From a bacterium (GTDB taxonomy: Bacteria; Zhuqueibacterota; Zhuqueibacteria; Residuimicrobiales; Krinioviventaceae): a stretch of DNA of 64,000 nt. Within the stretch, counting starts at the first letter, position 1. Every line of letters starts with the position of its first letter. The stretch covers positions 768,001 to 832,000 of the forward strand of contig OY843751.1 in the NCBI GenBank assembly GCA_963693055.1. The letters are read 5' to 3'. Of the stretch, positions 56,289-64,000 are shown one piece after another. A model generated the notes under the pieces. That model was not told the origin of the DNA and searched no databases. It worked only from the letters and a program-made list of their open reading frames with translations. Both the position numbers and the translations under genes were made by a program.

Positions 56289-57572
56289 TTATCTCAACTG
56301 CTCTACAAATGCTTCTACGCGGGTTTTCAGCTGCCCCACATCTTCCATGCTGTAATCGGTTTCCACGCGAAGCACGGGAACACCGGCATCTTCAAGTTTA
56401 TTTTCTACTGGAATGGATTCCATAATATAAGGCTGGCAGAACTGTAATCCGTAATGGATTACTCCATCTGCGTTATAGGCTTTGACCATCTCTTGAATGT
56501 GCTGTGTACGCTCGGAATTAGGAGTGAATATGGCGCAATCTACTTTGAAATAACGATCAATGATGGCATCCATCAATTCATCCAAAGAATTGCCTGTAGC
56601 ATCGGTAAGGTTACGTGTGCCGCGCTCACCTACGCATGATTCTTCACCAACAATCACAGCACCAGAGGATTCAACAATCCATGGGAACTTCCAGTTGGGT
56701 ACTGCCATGGGACAACCAGAGATAAGAATGCGCGGTGTATTTTCCGGGAAAACGCCTTCTTTGTTGGCAATGCGTTCGGTTAATTCGTCACAGATTTTGT
56801 TTACAGAAGCGGTAAAACGTTCGGGATTGTCATAAAAGAATACCTGGTTTGCCAGCAGGGCATCGAGACCGGAAATAGGAGCGGGGCTCGCTTTTCTCAA
56901 TGCGGAAAGCCGATGTATGGCACCACGTTTTTCGTTTACAATTTGAATACCTTTTTTCAGGGATTCCAGTGTTACCTCGTGACCGGTCAGTTCCTGAAGT
57001 GCTTGCATAAAACGATAATATTCGGATTTTAACAGCATACGCCCCTGCTCGGATTTAACCTGGGGGATGTCCATTACATACAGATTATCTACAAGGGTAT
57101 CCAGTGTTTCATAGGCTTTTTTCTTGCCATCGCAGGTATTTTCACCTACAATCATATCTGCGCTTTCCAGATACGGGCACACTTTGCCCAGTTTGAACCC
57201 AAAAGAGGATTTGATCAGCGAACAGGTATTGCGGGGCAGATATTGTTCAACACTTTCTGTGGCAAAATCAGCCCCGGAACATAATCCTACTAGCGAGGCG
57301 TTTGCAGCCAGTACAAGTTCTTCCGGAACAAAAACACAATACGAGCCAACAATTTTGCGACCCTGGTCTTTTTCATCCAGTAATTCTTTGATACGCAGGC
57401 CATGCACTTCGCTCATAACAAAATCGAAATATTGCATGCCTTGTGGACGGTTTTTCTGCGAAAGGTAAATATCCCCATAACCTTGGCCCAGTACTTCAAG
57501 CAGTGCATCGTGGGCACCCAGATCCAGTCCGAGATCGGACCACATTTGCTGATAATTTTCAGACATGTTCAT
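56289..57572 (-). CDS. Double-cubane-cluster reductase (2-hydroxyacyl-CoA dehydratase family, DCCP-like)
   Basis: YCVFVPEE, RNTCSLIKS, CPY, TCDGKKK, SGCP, ESCVG, DCAIF, QFCQPY; paired with an activase. Confidence 0.85.
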   Translation of the reverse strand: MNMSENYQQMWSDLGLDLGAHDALLEVLGQGYGDIYLSQKNRPQGMQYFDFVMSEVHGLRIKELLDEKDQGRKIVGSYCVFVPEELVLAANASLVGLCSGADFATESVEQYLPRNTCSLIKSSFGFKLGKVCPYLESADMIVGENTCDGKKKAYETLDTLVDNLYVMDIPQVKSEQGRMLLKSEYYRFMQALQELTGHEVTLESLKKGIQIVNEKRGAIHRLSALRKASPAPISGLDALLANQVFFYDNPERFTASVNKICDELTERIANKEGVFPENTPRILISGCPMAVPNWKFPWIVESSGAVIVGEESCVGERGTRNLTDATGNSLDELMDAIIDRYFKVDCAIFTPNSERTQHIQEMVKAYNADGVIHYGLQFCQPYIMESIPVENKLEDAGVPVLRVETDYSMEDVGQLKTRVEAFVEQLR

Positions 57573-57981
57573 CCTCCAAATGATGTTGTTCGCTTACATC
57601 CCCACGCGAACACCTTTAATTGGAAAGACAAACGCACAGGAACGTTACGAAAATAAACTGAGAAAAGAGCTGACCAGCCCTTTGATCGGTTGTCAATTAC
57701 ATTGATAAAAAAGTAATTTCATAACGCTTTCCGTTTTCAGAACGTTGTTGAATGAATTACAGGAAAATTTATGTCAGGATTCTCTTTTTTTTACAATTAA
57801 TGCATTTTTTGTACAATATGCAAGTGGAATGTGCTGACTTGCTTTGCAATTTATATTAAATGTATGTTAACAATTGTAAAATGTTCCATGTTGGATGTTA
57901 TTGTCGTGGAAATTTTTGTTACTTTTCAAGTCAGCGTAACTTATCGTTTCAAGTGGATAAGGGGATAGGGTTTCGTTCTAC

Positions 57982-58018
57982 AAAAAAACCTCCCAAAGCT
58001 AACTGCTATGGGAGGTTT
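57982..58018 (-). terminator. Intrinsic terminator after the GHMP kinase operon
   Basis: AAACCTCCCA/TGGGAGGTTT stem with a T-run on the minus strand. Confidence 0.8.
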
Positions 58019-58064
58019 AAAATCTCATCATCTTTATAATTCTATATATCCTAATTCAGACAGG

Positions 58065-59057
58065 CTAGATCTGCGGTTTAATGACCACGGCGCCAATTTT
58101 TGAGAGCTCCTGTTTCAGTTTTTCAAACATCTGCGGTCCGTCATAGGTACCTACAATGGCGCCGCCGCTACCAGAGAATTTGGCGCTGGCACCAACGGAG
58201 CGGGCATGTTCTACCATTTCCAGATTCATACGTGAGATGGGGAAAATCTCTTTACGTTTGTCAAAATTCTGGTTCATGATTTTGCCCAGCTTGTCCGGTT
58301 CATGGTTAATCAGGCAATCGCGTGCCTGTTCTGCCATTTCCGCAAAATACTTCATGGCATCAATTACTTTTTGATCACCGGCCATAAAACGTCCGCGCAG
58401 GTTGCCATGCGCAATACCCGAGATTTCAGCCAGATCGCTGATATAAGCCAGATAGATAGGCGGTAGTACATTGGGATCAATGTTTTCATAATTGCCATAC
58501 CCCTGACTGTCTATCAGTTTTTTATCAAAATCCATATATACCAGGTTTTCGTATACCTGCACCACCCGGTCCTGCAGACCTGCAGAGATTTGCAGCTCGT
58601 CTGTTTCTACACTGAGAATTAGATTAGGGATTTGCGGTTTGGGCACTTCAATGCCGTAAAATGTCATTAATGCGCGTATAGTTGCGGTTACAATTGCACT
58701 TGACCCGGCAAGTCCCACCTGTACAGGTATGTTGGAATTATAACGAACGGTGAAATTCTTGTCTGCCAGAACAATACCTTTGCTCTTGCAGTACTCGAAA
58801 AACTTTTTAGCCGCTGCTTTGATGAGGCGAATACCACCGTAATAACCATGACGTTGTACGTCTTTGACCAGGTGTTCCAGATTTTCAAAATATGAATGGT
58901 CCCGCTGGTTCGGGATGATCTCTATGTCCGGTGTCTCATACAGGGTTACTTCGGCGAAAAAATCTTTAAATGTTACAGACAGGGTCTTGCCAAAGTATCC
59001 GTCAGAAGGATTCCCCGCAAGTCCTGCACGTGTGTATGCTTTTGTTCTTACTATCAT
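58065..59057 (-). CDS. GHMP kinase, glucuronokinase-like
   Basis: GNPSDGYFG, GYYGGIRL, PVQVGLAGSSA, AGLQDRVVQVY, KFSGSGGA; start 59057 after GAGGA. Confidence 0.85.
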   Translation of the reverse strand: MIVRTKAYTRAGLAGNPSDGYFGKTLSVTFKDFFAEVTLYETPDIEIIPNQRDHSYFENLEHLVKDVQRHGYYGGIRLIKAAAKKFFEYCKSKGIVLADKNFTVRYNSNIPVQVGLAGSSAIVTATIRALMTFYGIEVPKPQIPNLILSVETDELQISAGLQDRVVQVYENLVYMDFDKKLIDSQGYGNYENIDPNVLPPIYLAYISDLAEISGIAHGNLRGRFMAGDQKVIDAMKYFAEMAEQARDCLINHEPDKLGKIMNQNFDKRKEIFPISRMNLEMVEHARSVGASAKFSGSGGAIVGTYDGPQMFEKLKQELSKIGAVVIKPQI

Positions 59058-59077
59058 ATGTTCCTCTCTAATTTTTA

Positions 59078-59923
59078 TTAGAGTTTGGATTGTATCCAAT
59101 CCCACAATATATCGAGATTTTGCTTCTTTTCTACTTCGTTAAACAATTCATGATTTGAAATCGGACAAATATACTGCTTTTTATCCTCAGTTCCAAATAA
59201 AGAAAACATTTTTGTGGCGTCATCAATGTTGATGATATTATCATTTTCGCCCAACATTAATAATATAGGAATATTTACCTGATTTGCGTTTTTATGCACA
59301 TCCTCAATTACCTCCAGCATGGATAAAAAGAACGAAACGCTTGCCATGTCATGAACCAGTTCGTCTTTTTTGTACTTTTCTACTTCATTGCGGTCATGCG
59401 AGAGATCGTCAGGATTGATTCCGTTGGGCATGGTAAAAGAGGGAGCAATGTGGTTCAACATTTTTGCAAGTGCGTGCTTCCATGCCGGTACCGGTACTTT
59501 GATTCCAAAAGCCGGAGATGAAAACACAACACCATTTAAGAGATTGTCCGGATATTGTAATAAAAAATCCATTGCAATGAGCCCACCCAGGCTATGTCCC
59601 AACAGGATTGGAGGTTTGTCGTTCCATTTATCCCTTATAAAGCCGCACATGGTTTTCATGTCTCTGGCATAATTATGGAAATGTTTTACATGACCCCGTT
59701 TACCCCCTGATTTTCCATGGCCCTGGTGGTCAAGCGCATACACTGCCATGCCTTTGGGTAACACCAGATCCAGAATGTTGCGGTACCGTCCGGAATGCTC
59801 ACCAATACCATGCGCAATAATGAGGTTACCAATGTGCTCTGTTTCAGGCAGCCAGTATTGATAAAAGATATTAATGCCGTCCTGATTGACAAATTCCCCG
59901 GTCGTATGATTTGTTGTTTTCAT
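59078..59923 (-). CDS. Alpha/beta hydrolase, lysophospholipase/monoglyceride lipase-like
   Basis: HGIGEHSGRY, DHQGHGKS, GHSLGG, HELFNE. Confidence 0.9.
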   Translation of the reverse strand: MKTTNHTTGEFVNQDGINIFYQYWLPETEHIGNLIIAHGIGEHSGRYRNILDLVLPKGMAVYALDHQGHGKSGGKRGHVKHFHNYARDMKTMCGFIRDKWNDKPPILLGHSLGGLIAMDFLLQYPDNLLNGVVFSSPAFGIKVPVPAWKHALAKMLNHIAPSFTMPNGINPDDLSHDRNEVEKYKKDELVHDMASVSFFLSMLEVIEDVHKNANQVNIPILLMLGENDNIINIDDATKMFSLFGTEDKKQYICPISNHELFNEVEKKQNLDILWDWIQSKL

Positions 59924-60624
59924 GCTTTTTCGCTTATATTGTAGGGTAATGATTTGATAATTGTGATTTTACTGGGAGTCACCTCTGCCTGGTATACCAG
60001 AATTTCAACGCCATGATTTTTGGCCATGGCTAGTGTTTCAGCATACAGGGGATCAATATCTGCCGCAGGTTCAAAGCTGTCAGTATCATTGCGCTGCACC
60101 AGATAAAACATCACCGCGCGGTGGCCCAGATCAACCATGTCCATTAACTCTTTGAGGTGTTTGGTTCCGCGAGAAGTAACCGCATCGGGGAACAGGGCAA
60201 GGTTGTCTCTTGCCAGGGTTACGTTTTTAACCTCAACATAACATTTTTCTTCATCGCAGGTCAGCAGAATATCAATCCGGCTGTTTTTACCGTATGCTAC
60301 CTCTCTTTTAAATTCGGTATAGCCGGTTAGTTCAGGGATTTGTCCATCCACAATGGCATCGTAGACAATTTTGTTGGGGTAATGTGTATTTATACCCACC
60401 CAGGTATCGTTTATTTCAATCATTTCCCAGGTATATTTATGTTTGCGTTTGGGATTATCGCTTAGTGATACTTTAACTTTACTTCCGGGGGTTTTGCAGG
60501 AGAGCATACTACCGGAATTTGCACAAAAGGCGGTTATGTTTTCTCCGTTTTCCAGTTTTATGTCAGCTAAAAAGCGTTTGTATCGTTGTATTAATGTACC
60601 TGTGTATAATTCGGGTAAATCCAT
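59920..60624 (-). CDS. sfsA: SfsA family nuclease
   Basis: RYKRFLAD, NSGSM, SRID, YVEVKNVT, FPDAVTSRGTKHL. Confidence 0.95.
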   Translation of the reverse strand: MDLPELYTGTLIQRYKRFLADIKLENGENITAFCANSGSMLSCKTPGSKVKVSLSDNPKRKHKYTWEMIEINDTWVGINTHYPNKIVYDAIVDGQIPELTGYTEFKREVAYGKNSRIDILLTCDEEKCYVEVKNVTLARDNLALFPDAVTSRGTKHLKELMDMVDLGHRAVMFYLVQRNDTDSFEPAADIDPLYAETLAMAKNHGVEILVYQAEVTPSKITIIKSLPYNISEKA

Positions 60625-60627
60625 ATA

Positions 60628-61185
60628 TTATTGTACCTCGTTGAACCAGGCGATCTCTTTTAGATCATGCCTTTTCTTTGTTCTGATATTATCAGATTCC
60701 GGATACCCTACCGCAAACATGGCAACCGGTCTGTATTTTGCGGGAAGTTTTAAAGCTTTTTTTACACCCTTGGCGCTGAACCAGCCAATCCAGCAGGCAC
60801 CAAGATCCAGTGCATGGGCCTGTAATACAAAATGCTCACCGGCTATGCCAGAGTCTATCAGGTAATAATTCAATCCGGTAATTTGTTTGCCAATGCGGTT
60901 GGTCAGAACATCCAGTTTGGCGAGCTGCACAACCAGAATCGGGGCTTTTTCGGCCCAGCGTGTTGCGGCAAAAACGCCTGTAAACGCGTGTTTGGTTAGA
61001 TGTGCTTTTGTTTCGGGATCGTCAATAATTATAAAGCGAGAAGGCTGCGAGTTTTCAGCCGAGGGCGCCAAACGTGCAGCCTCTGCGCATTGCAGCAAAA
61101 GCTCTCGTTCGATGGGCTTGTCGGTAAAGCGGCGCACGCTTTGCCTTTTTTGAAACAGGTCCATCATGGATTGAGAAAAATGCAT
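60628..61185 (-). CDS. Nitroreductase family protein
   Basis: RQSVRRF, APSAENSQP, LGACWIG, VGYP. Confidence 0.92.
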   Translation of the reverse strand: MHFSQSMMDLFQKRQSVRRFTDKPIERELLLQCAEAARLAPSAENSQPSRFIIIDDPETKAHLTKHAFTGVFAATRWAEKAPILVVQLAKLDVLTNRIGKQITGLNYYLIDSGIAGEHFVLQAHALDLGACWIGWFSAKGVKKALKLPAKYRPVAMFAVGYPESDNIRTKKRHDLKEIAWFNEVQ

Positions 61186-61197
61186 TTATACTTCCGT

Positions 61198-62547
61198 TTA
61201 ATGAATATTCAAGAGTTCAGAAACCGTAACCAGTTCGTAGCCGCGGGTTTGCAGGCTGTCTATCAGGGCAGGCAGCATGTGGTGTACCTGATTGTCTTTG
61301 CGCTGGGTATCCAGGTGCATTAATATAATACCGCCATTTAAACCGGATTCTTTGTCGTTATTGAAATTGAGAATTTTATCAAGCACCTGTTCCGGGGTTT
61401 TGTAGATAGAAGAGGTCGAGTCTGTGACCCAGTCGTGTGTGTCAAGGTTTTCTCCGCGACCAACAGTCCAGCCAATCTGCCGGTATCCTAATTCAGATGC
61501 CCATCTGCGAATTTCCAGATTATGCTCTCCGTAAGGAGCGCGCCAGAAACCTGTCATCTTTTCGCCGGTGATTTTATGAAAAAGGTCGGTCGTTTTTACA
61601 AGTTCTTCCTGAACTGTTTTGCGATCAACTCCTTTGGTTGTGATTTGCTGGCGATTATCGGTAAAGGTTGTCAAATGTGGGTGGCTCCAGGTGTGGTTGG
61701 CTATTTCGTGCCCGTCTTTTACCATTCGCTTGACCAATTCGGGATAATGCTTTAAATACGTACCGGTAAGAAATATGGTGCATTTCAGGTTCTTGTCCTG
61801 CAAGTAATTCAGAATTTCTTCCGAAGCCCCATTACCTGCGCCGCCATCAAAGGTTAATGCTATTTTGGGAATGTTTCTGCTACCGCGGGTAAAGTCCCGA
61901 GCCAGATAGTCAAGACGGGGAGGGCCGTAAAAGGTCACCATTTTCTGCAAGACCATGGCATTGCCATGCGAGTCTAGCCCTTGCACAATAATCTCGTTTG
62001 AACCGTAATCAAGTTTAATATTTTCAAAAATGAATTTATTGTTTTCCGGCAGAGTTACAGAACTGATCTTGCCGTTTACTTTGAGGCTGATGATTATGCT
62101 GTCAGCAGCTTCGCCTGCAATATCAACAGTGCTGGTGAGCACCATGGCATCGGGAGCTTGTAATACTCCGGATTCTACAGCGGGCAGCATTCCTGTGGAA
62201 ATTAAACTTTTTTGCTGTTCCGTACGGAGCAGCTTGATCTCTTGTGATAAATTATGAATTGACAGGTATAAAACGATAAAAATTGATAAAATAACAAGAT
62301 TGAAAATTAGTTTTACAGGACGAAAATGGATATGTGGAAAGAGTGATGTTCTGCGCTCGGATGCTGTTTTGGGTTTTATTTTAATCAGCGCAAGAAAGGC
62401 ATGAAACAATGCGGTTGAAAAGCATTTCAGGCTGCAAAAAGTGCGGCCCAGGAATTCAAACTGACATTCACTGCAAACATAATTGTCGCAATGATGGCAT
62501 TTTTTGCGTGTCTTTCTGTCCGGATGGTTTTTGCAATAATGGTCCAT
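61198..62547 (-). CDS. Membrane-anchored polysaccharide deacetylase with N-terminal B-box-like Zn finger
   Basis: CKNH...CHHC..VCSEC...CSLKC; TM; ALTFDGG, HEIANHTWSH, RAPYG, ILMH. Confidence 0.88.
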   Translation of the reverse strand: MDHYCKNHPDRKTRKKCHHCDNYVCSECQFEFLGRTFCSLKCFSTALFHAFLALIKIKPKTASERRTSLFPHIHFRPVKLIFNLVILSIFIVLYLSIHNLSQEIKLLRTEQQKSLISTGMLPAVESGVLQAPDAMVLTSTVDIAGEAADSIIISLKVNGKISSVTLPENNKFIFENIKLDYGSNEIIVQGLDSHGNAMVLQKMVTFYGPPRLDYLARDFTRGSRNIPKIALTFDGGAGNGASEEILNYLQDKNLKCTIFLTGTYLKHYPELVKRMVKDGHEIANHTWSHPHLTTFTDNRQQITTKGVDRKTVQEELVKTTDLFHKITGEKMTGFWRAPYGEHNLEIRRWASELGYRQIGWTVGRGENLDTHDWVTDSTSSIYKTPEQVLDKILNFNNDKESGLNGGIILMHLDTQRKDNQVHHMLPALIDSLQTRGYELVTVSELLNIH

Positions 62548-62718
62548 AACTCAAGGTATCCTGTTATCATTGTTGAAAAAAATAGCGAAATTTTTTGCAA
62601 GAAAAAAGTCCTTTTTTTGGTTTAGAATATATACAGGAAAAGAGCAGTCAATGCAAAATAAATGATTTGAAAAGTGCCAGAATATCCATATAATAAAAGA
62701 ATTATTTTGAGGCAAACT

Positions 62719-63567
62719 ATGAAACAAAAGGTTCGTAAAGCCGCCTGGAGCGGTCAGTTTTATCCTGCTCCCCCTGCTGTATTAGAATCTATGATTCAGG
62801 GCTTTCTGGACAAGGTGACCGTTCAAGATAATGAATTAAAACCCATAGGTATAATTGCCCCGCACGCGGGATACGCATATTCCGGGCAAACGGCAGCAGC
62901 AGCCTTTGCTTATCTTCAAGATCAAGAGTATGATACTGTAATTGTTATCGCCCCTAGTCATGCCGAACTGATTGTCGGCGTATCTGTTTTTGATGGCGAC
63001 AGTTATTCAACTCCTTTTGGAAGTATTCCGGTGAATACAACGCTCGCAAGAGAAATTTGCAAGCATAGCAACCGGTTAAACTATACGTCAATTGGGCATA
63101 GTAAATACACAAAGCGGCCCGAGCATGCATTAGAAGTACAATTGCCGTTTTTGCAGTATTTTTTAAAAGATACGTTTTCCATTGTGCCCATTGTTTTCCA
63201 TGATTATGAATGGCAACTGTGCAGCGAACTTGGAACGGCAATCGCAGAATCGATTTCAGATGTGCATAAAGTACTTTTGGTTGCAAGTACTGATCTGTAT
63301 CATGGTTATTCTTATGACGAATGTAAAAGAGTGGACAATATGACGGTTCATGCAATTGAGGACTTTGATCCACAGTCTTTTATTCAGGGAATACATGATG
63401 ATATTTATCAGGCTTGTGGATCTGGCCCTGTTGCAGCTGTTCAGGTGGCAGCAAAAGCTATGGGGGCCAATAGTGTCAGATTAATTGATCAGACTACTTC
63501 AGCGGATCAGACAGGTATAAGAGGTGATTGGACTGTTGGATACGTTTCGGCATTGATTACCGAATAG
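62719..63567 (+). CDS. MEMO1-family protein (AmmeMemoRadiSam protein B)
   Basis: GQFYP, PHAGYAYSG, APSH, EHALEVQLPFLQ, ASTDLYH, ACG, VGY. Confidence 0.92.
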   Translation: MKQKVRKAAWSGQFYPAPPAVLESMIQGFLDKVTVQDNELKPIGIIAPHAGYAYSGQTAAAAFAYLQDQEYDTVIVIAPSHAELIVGVSVFDGDSYSTPFGSIPVNTTLAREICKHSNRLNYTSIGHSKYTKRPEHALEVQLPFLQYFLKDTFSIVPIVFHDYEWQLCSELGTAIAESISDVHKVLLVASTDLYHGYSYDECKRVDNMTVHAIEDFDPQSFIQGIHDDIYQACGSGPVAAVQVAAKAMGANSVRLIDQTTSADQTGIRGDWTVGYVSALITE

Positions 63568-63574
63568 GAGAAAC

Positions 63575-64000
63575 ATGGCAGAAGAAAAAATTGCAATTAT
63601 TGGAACAGGAAGAGTAGGTACAGCGTTAACCAAAGCCCTGTATGAAACAGGCTTTAATATATCTGTAGTATATGATCATGATTTTGAAAAGGCGAATGAA
63701 TGTGCAGGATTATGTGAAAACAGACCACAAGTGGTGCCGTTTGAGCAGTTTCCTGATGATTTGAGCTTGATATTTTTTACCGTTATGGATGATAAACTTG
63801 CCGGGCTCATCAAAGAGGTTGCTACTAAAATCAAAGTTTCCGATCAAACAATTGTAACCCATTGTTCAGGAGCGTACAGTTCTCAATTGCTTGAACCCTT
63901 TGCTGACCATACATCTCATTTAGCATCAATACATCCGGTGCAGAGTTTTCCCGGTACTCAGGATGATTGGAAACGCCTGTTTGGTATCTATTTTGGCCTC
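63575..64000 (+). CDS. Rossmann-like/DUF2520 oxidoreductase (3'-truncated)
   Basis: Translated by hand: MAEEKIAIIGTGRVGTAL...TVMDD...HCSGA...HPVQSF; AGGAG RBS; runs off the window. Confidence 0.85.
   Translation, partial: MAEEKIAIIGTGRVGTALTKALYETGFNISVVYDHDFEKANECAGLCENRPQVVPFEQFPDDLSLIFFTVMDDKLAGLIKEVATKIKVSDQTIVTHCSGAYSSQLLEPFADHTSHLASIHPVQSFPGTQDDWKRLFGIYFGL

Noticed and set aside
982-63373. Numerous 60-190 aa ORFs overlapping or antisense to long genes in the ORF track (e.g. 3226-3708, 23137-23631, 40985-41551, 44797-45249)
   Set aside because: Shadow frames of well-supported genes with no recognisable motifs.
1-64000. rRNA, tRNA, IS elements, prophage, CRISPR-Cas
   Set aside because: No such signatures seen by eye; a tRNAscan/Rfam run would be needed to exclude short RNAs.

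Overview
Gene-dense, AT-rich bacterial chromosomal window. Type IX secretion (T9SS)-type C-terminal sorting domains, a PorV/PorQ-like protein, an LPS GT9 transferase and anaerobic Fe-S enzymes point to a diderm anaerobe of the FCB group, e.g. KSB1/Calditrichota-like (inference). It holds gltBD, several two-component systems, a B12-radical SAM plus FabX-like pair, a TetR-RND pump, a PIG-L/Na+:solute symporter operon, an ECF sigma/anti-sigma locus, a HerA-like ATPase, an [FeFe]-hydrogenase-chemoreceptor fusion, MazG/MutY/AlkZ-like repair genes, a double-cubane reductase with its activase, a plant-type glucuronokinase-like kinase, sfsA and a MEMO1-family gene. No rRNA, tRNA, CRISPR array, transposase or integrase was seen. 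The most striking unannotated structure is at 18425-19293 (minus strand): a promoter followed by two tandem, related, Asp-rich leader-peptide attenuators (each a leader ORF, an antiterminator segment at its 3' end, and an intrinsic terminator) gating one uncharacterised 103-aa gene. All product calls come from motif recognition by eye; no searches were run.
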